Positions 8,912 through 15,847 of a DNA stretch of 64,000 nucleotides are shown here, piece by piece; positions within the stretch are counted from its first letter, which is position 1; each line of letters begins with the position of its first letter. The notes below the pieces were generated by a model. The model was not told the DNA's origin. It ran no database searches and saw nothing but the letters and a program-made list of their open reading frames with translations. The translations under genes and the position numbers were made by a program. Location: the IMG/VR virus record IMGVR_UViG_3300009702_000001, positions 1 through 64,000 of that record; one strand, 5' to 3'. This stretch comes from a virus.

Positions 8912-9122
8912 CTTCTTTACTCCCGTTGTCCCTTGCCAGGAATACAAGACAATATCCAAACCCGATAGTTGCCAAGCATCCGGCCCAATACCAAGCCGGG
9001 ACAAAGCCCGGCCCCAAATTGAAACGATATGCAACCCCGAGCCCGAGCAATACCGCGCCCCCCAGGGCTCCGGACGCTAGACATATAAGGCAAAACCCAA
9101 GGGCTCGGACTAGGCTAGACAT
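8892..9122 (-). CDS. small membrane protein (76 aa, 2 predicted TM)
   Basis: MSSLVRALGFCLICLASGALGGAVLLGLGV...WAGCLATIGFGYCLVFL. No clear SD. Confidence 0.4.
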   Translation of the reverse strand: MSSLVRALGFCLICLASGALGGAVLLGLGVAYRFNLGPGFVPAWYWAGCLATIGFGYCLVFLARDNGSKEDDNETS

Positions 9123-9317
9123 TAGGGGAAGATTACCATGACAGGGGCAGAAATGTAAGAATTTTTTTCTTCCGTCTTGTCCCCCTGCCGGGCGGTTGGG
9201 ACTCCCCGCCTTGAAGCCGTCAAACGGCCCTGGGGGCTCGGAAAAGGAAGCAAGGGGGAAAGACCCCCTTGCTTGCGGCTTGCGCCGCTTACGTGTCCCC
9301 TGGGGGCTTCCTGCTAT

Positions 9318-9345
9318 AAAAAAAGGGGCGCCGCTCGGGCGCCCC
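9318..9345 (-). terminator. intrinsic terminator (GGGGCGCC CGAGC GGCGCCCC + T7)
   Basis: 8-bp GC stem plus T7 on the minus strand, downstream of 9406..9696. Confidence 0.6.
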
Positions 9346-9405
9346 TGGGGGCAATATCCTGTCCGGCATGGACAGGGCTTGACTTGACTTTGATAGTTGG
9401 GTTGT

Positions 9406-9696
9406 TCATGCTTTGAAAAGTGGTTCCGTTCCATATACCGAAACGGTCCCGGACGGGGTTATCATCTTGGGCCGGAATTCACCTATATCCGGCAACTCGG
9501 AAGCAACCTTCAAAACGTTCTTCAACATTGATTCCGGAAGTTGTTGCATTTCCGCTTTGACGTGGATTGCTTCAATTAGTTTCCCCTTGCTCGGGGTTCC
9601 TGTAAAGCAACCAATGAATTTGTCCGGCAGTCCGGACAAACGCAACTTTTCATCCTTTACAATGATTGTAACCGTTGTGAAAAGCGAAACCCTCAA
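9406..9696 (-). CDS. hypothetical protein
   Basis: 96 aa with a TTG start overlapping the upstream TGA (TTGA coupling). Confidence 0.5.
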   Translation of the reverse strand: MRVSLFTTVTIIVKDEKLRLSGLPDKFIGCFTGTPSKGKLIEAIHVKAEMQQLPESMLKNVLKVASELPDIGEFRPKMITPSGTVSVYGTEPLFKA

Positions 9697-10328
9697 TTGC
9701 TTTTTCCTTTACCCTTCGGGTTGCAATTCTGGCAATCAGGGTCCCCGCAACCGTCCCCGTCCGGCCCAATGCCTTGCATCATTGCGGCAACCATCAAATT
9801 TTCAAGGGCTCGGTTTGCTACGGATTGCCGGGCAGAATGTCGGATGCGTTCAAAGAAGATTCTGATTGCTTCTTCTTCGGACAGGGCAACAACAAAGAAC
9901 GGAACGTCTTTGCTTCCGACAATATGCAATTCTAAGCCGGACGGCTTGGGGGTTGCGTCCAACATGGAAACAACCTTGATTCCCCCAATCACTTCTTTTA
10001 ACATTTGCTTCAACGGGTCCCCGTCAAAGAAAACGTCAAGGTTGATTTCAATCACGTCAACGGCTTCAAGCCGGACCTTTCCGAGGAAGATGCCTTGCCG
10101 GCCGAAAATCGACATTACACAAGACATATAGGCAAAGCCTTTGTCCGAAGCAAAGTAATTGCCTTTCACGTCAAGCCCGGGGTCATTATGGGGGACTTCC
10201 ATCAACCCGTGTTCATCGGGGCTCGGGTTCGCAAGATATACCTTTCCGGAGTCCCAATCAAAACCGCATTCCGTCAAGGCTTCCCGAATATTGTTTGCGC
10301 CTTCCTTCATTCCCTTTGTCCCTTTCAT
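9693..10328 (-). CDS. hypothetical protein
   Basis: 211-aa ORF with ATGA coupling to the upstream gene and a Cys-rich C-terminal end (CGDPDCQNC). Confidence 0.6.
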   Translation of the reverse strand: MKGTKGMKEGANNIREALTECGFDWDSGKVYLANPSPDEHGLMEVPHNDPGLDVKGNYFASDKGFAYMSCVMSIFGRQGIFLGKVRLEAVDVIEINLDVFFDGDPLKQMLKEVIGGIKVVSMLDATPKPSGLELHIVGSKDVPFFVVALSEEEAIRIFFERIRHSARQSVANRALENLMVAAMMQGIGPDGDGCGDPDCQNCNPKGKGKSN

Positions 10329-10816
10329 TTATAACGTTCCCGCAACCGTTTGTTTCTAGCGTCCCAAGACGCTTCCGTTGTGAACCAAATTTCCGGGGCT
10401 CCGGACTCCCCAGGGCAATCGTGAAAAAGAACGTTCCCGTATTTTCCATGAACCTTGTAAACGGGCAACTTTCGACACAAGGGGCAAGCGTCCAACCGTC
10501 CCCCCCGTCCGGGACTCGGTTTCCTTGGACCAGCCCCCGAAAGGACAGGATGAAGGTCAACCGTTACCAAATGGACACAATCCCCGGAAGGGTCATATTG
10601 GGCATGGTTCGGGGCAGGAACCCCAAGCCGCTTGACCGCTTGTATGAACAAATCGGGGGGCGCAAGTCTGAAGACCCGAGCAACCCCCCGCTTGTGATTG
10701 ATTGCGGCAACAACGTCTTGAATTTCCGGGCGCCCGTAAAACAAGGCATTGAAGGAAATGTTGCCGGCCCTTCCCAGGGCAACCCGGACTTCATAAATTT
10801 CAACAACCGTTTGCAT
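10325..10816 (-). CDS. hypothetical protein; C-terminus tentatively Lar-like (restriction alleviation family)
   Basis: ACPLCRKLPVYKV...HDCPG...EASWDARNKR resembles the CPxCG...WNxR pattern of Lar-family proteins. The second Cys pair is incomplete, so the call is weak. Confidence 0.5.
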   Translation of the reverse strand: MQTVVEIYEVRVALGRAGNISFNALFYGRPEIQDVVAAINHKRGVARVFRLAPPDLFIQAVKRLGVPAPNHAQYDPSGDCVHLVTVDLHPVLSGAGPRKPSPGRGGRLDACPLCRKLPVYKVHGKYGNVLFHDCPGESGAPEIWFTTEASWDARNKRLRERYK

Positions 10817-11205
10817 CAATGAAGGTTCCTTTTCGGGGGCTCGGGGTCCGCGTCTTCTTCTTCATCGCAATCCCCGCAACCGTTACAAGTATGCCCGTCT
10901 TCAACGCCTTGAAGCATTGCCTGAAACGCGGGACAAAGACCGGCCAATCTTTCGGCAATGTTGATTGTCCCAACAAGGTTCCGTTGAAACCGGATGCCGG
11001 CAAACAACCAATCATTCATTTCGGTTTTCTTGACTAGGCTATGCTCCCCGCAATTCGGACAAATCCAAGCGGGAACAACTCCGGCAATCAGGGTTTCCCC
11101 GTCTTCATCCGGCTCGGTAAATTCATGGGCCGGATATAGTCCGGTTATGAATTGGCTTCCGCAATCGCAAACCTTTACGTTGGTTTGAACAACCTTGACG
11201 GTCAT
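10816..11205 (-). CDS. zinc-ribbon protein
   Basis: CDCG...CPNCG and CNGCGDC motifs with ATGA coupling. Confidence 0.6.
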   Translation of the reverse strand: MTVKVVQTNVKVCDCGSQFITGLYPAHEFTEPDEDGETLIAGVVPAWICPNCGEHSLVKKTEMNDWLFAGIRFQRNLVGTINIAERLAGLCPAFQAMLQGVEDGHTCNGCGDCDEEEDADPEPPKRNLH

Positions 11206-11537
11206 TTCCCGGAATCCTTCAAGCGCATATGCCCGGTTACAATCAACGCGCCTTCAAGCCTACCCTGAAGCCGGACGCATCGGGTCATCAACTCGGCAAT
11301 AGTCAACCGACATTGTTTCAACGCTTCTTCAAGTTGCATCTTGTCCGCTTTAAGGGAATGAACCTTCCCCCGGGTTTCCCGGTGTTCATCCTTTTCTTCT
11401 TCAAAGCGTCGGACCCAATTGTCCCTTTCCCGTTGTTTGAAGCAAGCCGCTTCCCGTTTTTCCTGCAACATCTTTTGAAGTTGCGCGTTGACAGCTTCCA
11501 ACTCCGAAACCCGTTCTTCCAATTCCTGCTTTGTCAT
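11202..11537 (-). CDS. coiled-coil protein
   Basis: 111 aa with heptad-like, charge-rich sequence (ELEERVSELEAVNAQLQKMLQEKRE...). Confidence 0.6.
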   Translation of the reverse strand: MTKQELEERVSELEAVNAQLQKMLQEKREAACFKQRERDNWVRRFEEEKDEHRETRGKVHSLKADKMQLEEALKQCRLTIAELMTRCVRLQGRLEGALIVTGHMRLKDSGK

Positions 11538-11623
11538 ACCATTCCCTTCCGTTGCTTTGACTCGACAATCAATCCCGCAATGTAAAGTTTTGTTTCGGGT
11601 GGTATGATATCAAAATATTTCAT
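11534..11623 (-). CDS. micro-ORF (29 aa, MKYFDIIPPETKLYIAGLIVESKQRKGMV)
   Basis: Below the ORF-track cutoff. Its stop overlaps the next ATG (GTATGACA). Confidence 0.35.
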   Translation of the reverse strand: MKYFDIIPPETKLYIAGLIVESKQRKGMV

Positions 11624-11631
11624 TGCGAAAT

Positions 11632-11733
11632 TCAGGTAAATCGGATAAACCAATTCATCCGGTTGTAAAACGGAAGCAAACTCCCGTTTTTCATCTTCTT
11701 CCCAAAGATGACTTCCGCTTCTTCAATCTTCAT
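11632..11733 (-). CDS. micro-ORF (33 aa, MKIEEAEVIFGKKMKNGSLLPFYNRMNWFIRFT)
   Basis: Its start overlaps the end of the upstream 45-aa ORF (ATGAAGATTGA). Confidence 0.35.
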   Translation of the reverse strand: MKIEEAEVIFGKKMKNGSLLPFYNRMNWFIRFT

Positions 11734-11860
11734 TGCTGTTACTCCGAAACCACCTTGACGGAAACCCGCGCCCCCTTCCATCCGGCTTGTCCCCCCGCAA
11801 GGTGGATTTCATAACAGGATTGTTGCAGTCTTTGAACGCGCATTTGGGGCGCCTATTCAT
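11723..11860 (-). CDS. small protein (45 aa, MNRRPKCAFKDCNNPV...)
   Basis: Strong SD GGAGGGAAGG 7 nt upstream of ATG 11860. First gene after the 1.85-kb ORF-free block. Confidence 0.5.
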   Translation of the reverse strand: MNRRPKCAFKDCNNPVMKSTLRGDKPDGRGRGFPSRWFRSNSNED

Positions 11861-12849
11861 CGGGACCTTCCCTCCAGTGTAATGGGCTCGGGGGCCAGCT
11901 CGGACGTTCCCATGGACGCGCCTAAAAAGGTTCCTTTCAATCCGAGGAAAACAACCGGCCCCCGAGCCCATGACCCAACCTTACCCGGTCCGCTTCCCCT
12001 CAGTAACAGTTTTTTTCCCTTATGGAAGGGTTGACCCGGGAAGCCCTTTTCAGGTCAACGGTCATAGAAGCCTAAGGGGTTTCGGCCGGCTCCCCGTAGG
12101 GGCTCGGACGTTCCCCCTAGTATTCTTCTTTTACCGTTGGCGGTTGAAGGTCCGGCAGGGTTCCCCGAGCAAAGCGAGGGGGAAGGGCAACGGAACCCGT
12201 TGGGACCCCAGGGACGGCCGTTGAAGCGGGGGGGGGCTCGGGTCCCAACGCTTACCAATTTAGCAGGATTTTTCAGGGGGACCCCTGGGATTAACGGTCA
12301 AGTGTAGGTTGATGTAGGTGCGACTTCCCCAAAATGATGCGCGCATCCCTTGCGGGCGAACCCCACGGGGGGGGTAGGCACACCACCCACACTATCCTAC
12401 ACCCCCCCACCCCCTCCTACATATGGGTATATTGGCTCTGGTGTAGGTATAGGTAGGTACCAGGTTCCCTTGTTCAATCATCCCATTGTCACCCCGGAAG
12501 ACTTCCTTTCAATCTTGGTTATGGTCCGTAGATATGCCCTTGGGTTGACTGGAGTCTTTTTCTTCCCATGGTTGCCCCCATGTTTGGGACTCGACTTGTT
12601 CCCCCCGGCTTCTTTCCGGCCTTTATCACGCCAGACAGTAACAAGATTGCTTCAACTTCTCCTCATTATTTATCAACCGAAGTCCTGATTTTCTTCTTCA
12701 ATTCTAGTTATGTACCCATCGTCAATATAATAATTGTTTTTTTTCTTCCTTCCCTTGAATTGTTCCTCTATGTGTGCGCCGGCATCCCCCGAAGAAAAGC
12801 GATACATAGGAAAGGAATCTGTCCCGCTACCGAACCCAACCGGGACAAC

Positions 12850-12930
12850 GGCTGGAGCTCCTCGGGAGCTCGGCAGTCCCGAAGGGCTGGAGCTCCTCGG
12901 AAGCTCGGCAGTCACGAAGGGCTGGAGCCC
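12850..12930. repeat. 35-bp tandem repeat, about 2.3 copies (GGCTGGAGCTCCTCGGRAGCTCGGCAGTCMCGAAG)
   Basis: Units at 12850-12884, 12885-12919 and partial 12920-12930, with 2 mismatches. The unit length is not a multiple of 3. Confidence 0.85.
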
Positions 12931-13522
12931 TAGCAATCCCTTCCCGGGCTCTGGAATAATACACGGGGGGCATGTAGGCAAATGTAGGGAAAGCGGCGAC
13001 AAAAATCAGAGGAAAAAGGTCCGAAAAAAAATGGCTTGCCTATCAACCCGTCCCCTTCCGTTTCTCACATTAGGAACCCCAGGTCAACAGGCAACCGGCA
13101 GGATAGAGGGCCAAGGGGGCCGGCATGGGTCTGGGGGAAGCAATGGGGGAACGTGGGGGCTCGGGGGTTGATGGAGGGCAATGACGGGCAGGGGGGACGG
13201 TATCGGGCTTGCTATGGAGCTCCTCTTGTCTTTCCCCTTGCTTCTTCTTTAATCTGTTTCCGTTTTGATTGCTAACGCCTTGATATTGAAAGGTTGTTGC
13301 GCTTTTATGTAAGACTTTCCCGTTGATTCCCTTGGGGCTTTCCGTGTTCTGCTTCAATTGTGAGAAACGATAGGATACCGCTAAAATCCTGTAAGTAATT
13401 GGAATGATGAAGGGAAGGGTTGCAAAAACCCGATGGAAGGCGAAATGTAAGACAAACGGCAGGGATACCTGAAAAATCCTTGAAGGAAAAGGAATCATTG
13501 AACAATCGGTTGCAATCGGTTC

Positions 13523-13550
13523 TTACAAAAACTAGACCGTTACCTATAAT
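13523..13550 (+). promoter_or_regulatory. sigma70-like promoter TTACAA N16 TATAAT on the plus strand
   Basis: Read directly. It points toward the stop end of the minus-strand lipoprotein gene. Confidence 0.4.
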
Positions 13551-13820
13551 TGACGTTCTTATCCCGTTGATGTAAGACCCCAAAAAGGTATTTTGGTTCA
13601 AGGAGTTAAAATGTAAGAAACAGGGGGCAACCCCGTAGGGGTTGAAGGGGCCGCAAGCGGCCCGTCAAGGGCTCGGGCTTGACTGTAGCGTTAGCGGAAG
13701 GCATCCCGAGGGGGCATCCCCTCGGGCTATGGTTCTAGGGCTCGGGGTCTATGCTTCTAACTTGATAGCCTAGCAGGGGGGACAGGGGCTCGGGGGGAAG
13801 AGCTCCGGGCTTCTAGGGCA

Positions 13821-14306
13821 TCAACCGCCTAGGGGCTCGGGCTCGGCAATAACAACCCGGCATTCCCGCAAAACTCCGGGGGCAAAGTAGAGTGAAGGAA
13901 CCGGAAGGGAAGGGGCAAAGTCCGGGGGCTCGGTATAGACAACCGGGGAGCAAAACCCGTCCGTTACCTTCCGCCAATATGAAGCCCCAACAACAAAAAC
14001 CCTTTCAAACGCTTGGAAGGTTGACCCGGGGCTTCCCCAATGGGGGACAGAGATGAACGCGGAAGCGTCAACCGTCGTTTGGATATCCTCGGTTCGGAAG
14101 CGTTGGCAACTCGGACAAGGGGGCTCGGGCTCGGGGCAGACAACGCAAGGGTCCGCGCCGGCATCCCCGTCCGGAGCTCCCCCGTCAAGGGAAGGTCCCG
14201 CGTCTTGGGCTCCGGCATCCGGCATCCCTCGGGAAGCCGCGCTACAATAGAAAATCAGGGACGCAACGGTCCCCAGGGCCAGGGCTCTGGCAACGTTCTT
14301 CATCAT
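13821..14306 (-). CDS. putative secreted protein / lipoprotein
   Basis: Start moved to ATGATG 14306 after GGAAAGGA. Signal-like MMKNVARALALGTVASLIFYCSAAS, then an Asp/Gly/Pro-rich linker and a Cys-rich segment. Confidence 0.6.
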   Translation of the reverse strand: MMKNVARALALGTVASLIFYCSAASRGMPDAGAQDAGPSLDGGAPDGDAGADPCVVCPEPEPPCPSCQRFRTEDIQTTVDASAFISVPHWGSPGSTFQAFERVFVVGASYWRKVTDGFCSPVVYTEPPDFAPSLPVPSLYFAPGVLRECRVVIAEPEPLGG

Positions 14307-14397
14307 GGTCTTTTCATCCTTTCCGTTTGTCATGCGTTTTCACAAGCGCAACAATTCCAGGTATTCGGGGGGGAACAGTCCCTCCCCCTGCTAGGGG

Positions 14398-14649
14398 TTA
14401 TTGCCTGGGGGTCAATCGAGAAGCGTTGATAATCAAATCCCAATCATCAACCGTATCTCCCCGGCAAACCTTGTAATCCCCGGCCGCGTCAAGTTTTTTG
14501 ACCACGGTATAGGGTCCAACATAACCGTCCGACACATATTCACCGTTCCCGTGGTAGACCGGCCCCACAGTGACCTTATCACCGGTCCGATACCAAGTCG
14601 AAATTCTCCGATTCAAATTCATGTTTCCGTATGCTTCTTCTTCTGTCAT
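14398..14649 (-). CDS. small orphan protein (83 aa from the SD-led ATG; 94 aa if the upstream in-frame ATG 14682 is used)
   Basis: GGAG lies 8 nt upstream of ATG 14649, with a consensus promoter upstream. Confidence 0.6.
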   Translation of the reverse strand: MTEEEAYGNMNLNRRISTWYRTGDKVTVGPVYHGNGEYVSDGYVGPYTVVKKLDAAGDYKVCRGDTVDDWDLIINASRLTPRQ

Positions 14650-14689
14650 TGTCTCGACTCCGTTTGTTGTTGCGTTGTTCATGGTTATA

Positions 14690-14717
14690 AATATAGCACG
14701 GGGGCTCGGTTTGTCAA
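14690..14717 (-). promoter_or_regulatory. strong sigma70-like promoter TTGACA N16 TATATT
   Basis: -35 at 14717..14712 and -10 at 14695..14690. ATG 14682 lies 7 nt after the -10. Confidence 0.65.
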
Positions 14718-14793
14718 CAAGAAAACGCAACTTTTTTCAAAAAAAGTGATAACTACCCTGTATCATAAGGGAAAAAGATGATTTTTTTTCATT

Positions 14794-14893
14794 CGGGGCC
14801 GGGAAGGGGGCTCGGGGAGCTCCGCTCGGGGCCGGGAAGGGGGGGGCGCGGGGAGCGCCGCCCGGGGCCGGGGAGGGGGGGGCGCGGAGCCGT
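14794..14893. repeat. G-rich 33-36-bp tandem repeat x3 (CGGGGCCGGGRAGGGGG..CGGGGAGCKCCGC)
   Basis: Units start at 14794, 14827 and 14863. Intergenic, lying between a terminator and the next promoter. Confidence 0.7.
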
Positions 14894-14916
14894 CAACCCC
14901 TTTCGGAAAAAAAGTC

Positions 14917-14949
14917 AAAAAAAAAGCCCCCAGGGGCTTCCTGGGGGCT
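14917..14949 (-). terminator. intrinsic terminator (AGCCCCCAGG AAGCC CCTGGGGGCT + T9)
   Basis: 10-bp stem plus a long T-run on the minus strand, downstream of 15012..15293. Confidence 0.65.
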
Positions 14950-15011
14950 CGGGGCAAGGTAAGGGGACCCCCGGACAAGCAAAATCCCCCAGGGGCTTAG
15001 GGGGGGGCAAG

Positions 15012-15293
15012 TCAACGCCGGTCTTCAAACCAGACTTCGCATGACCCGTCTGGGTTTTCCTGATAGCGAAAAATTATATACGGATTGTCCGGGTCCGGTT
15101 TAGGTTGCTGTCCCCGTTCGCCAAGGGGGCCAGAGCACGAACAATTAAGCATTCCGCAAAGGGCATTTTTTGCCCTTTTAACCTGCCGGGGGGACAAATA
15201 ATATCCATTGCGGCCGGAATGCGGCTTCAGGTTGACTTCCGTGCCGTGAAAGTCATTTGTAAGCGTGACAAGCCCAAGGTCCGATTTTGTCAT
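15012..15293 (-). CDS. small orphan protein (93 aa from the SD-led ATG)
   Basis: The leader is identical to that of 14398..14649, with GGAG 8 nt upstream of ATG 15293. Contains CGMLNCSC. Confidence 0.6.
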   Translation of the reverse strand: MTKSDLGLVTLTNDFHGTEVNLKPHSGRNGYYLSPRQVKRAKNALCGMLNCSCSGPLGERGQQPKPDPDNPYIIFRYQENPDGSCEVWFEDRR

Positions 15294-15333
15294 TGTCTCG
15301 ACTCCGTTTGTTGTTGCGTTGTTCATACCTATA

Positions 15334-15362
15334 TTTATAACGCGGCTTTTCCGTACTGTCAA
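15334..15362 (-). promoter_or_regulatory. strong sigma70-like promoter TTGACA N17 TATAAA
   Basis: -35 at 15362..15357 and -10 at 15339..15334. ATG 15326 lies 7 nt after the -10. Confidence 0.65.
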
Positions 15363-15401
15363 CCCTTTTCGGAAACTTTTTTCATTTTTTTCAAATTCCC
15401 T

Positions 15402-15740
15402 TTACCTGTTTACGATTCGAAAACCAAAGAAAACATGCTCGGGATATCGGTCGCAATAGGTGTAACGGAAAATTTTGTTCCCGCGTCCGCGAAGATTGAT
15501 AACCTTGCGGTCCGCGAAACGGTCTTGATTCTCTACGTACCAGTCAATCAGGGCCGTCCGGGCAGTCTTTACGGGGGCAAGTCCCTTTTTGTAAAAGTCT
15601 TTCGCCGTAACGAATAATTCCGAAGGTTCAGGGTCCAAGTTGCCCCGATAATCCGCCTTGGTTCGTAGACTTACCTTTACGGGAAGGTCTAAGGCTTCAA
15701 CGATTGATTTCATGGTTTCCAGGATTTCGGTATTGGTCAT
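15402..15740 (-). CDS. small orphan protein (112 aa)
   Basis: GGAG lies 9 nt upstream of ATG 15740, with a consensus promoter upstream. Confidence 0.6.
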   Translation of the reverse strand: MTNTEILETMKSIVEALDLPVKVSLRTKADYRGNLDPEPSELFVTAKDFYKKGLAPVKTARTALIDWYVENQDRFADRKVINLRGRGNKIFRYTYCDRYPEHVFFGFRIVNR

Positions 15741-15767
15741 TTTGTTTTCTCCGTTGTTCATGATATA

Positions 15768-15795
15768 AATATAGCATCGTTCCCGAAGAAGTCAA
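15768..15795 (-). promoter_or_regulatory. strong sigma70-like promoter TTGACT N16 TATATT with A-tract UP-like element (to about 15827)
   Basis: -35 at 15795..15790 and -10 at 15773..15768. On the minus strand, AAAAAAAAGTAAAAAAAAATAAAAAA lies immediately upstream. Confidence 0.65.
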
Positions 15796-15847
15796 CCCCC
15801 TTTTTTATTTTTTTTTACTTTTTTTTGACAGGGACTCGAACGGCTTA

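Noticed and set aside
12850-14893. The tandem repeats at 12850-12930 and 14794-14893 as CRISPR arrays
   Set aside because: The repeat units are directly adjacent with no unique spacers, have only 2-3 copies, and no cas genes are present.
14763-14978. A Pro-rich 71-aa minus-strand ORF across the G-rich tandem repeat
   Set aside because: It is simply the translation of C-runs (PPPPRPRAALPAPPPSRPRAELPEPPSRPR), spans a terminator, and has no SD.
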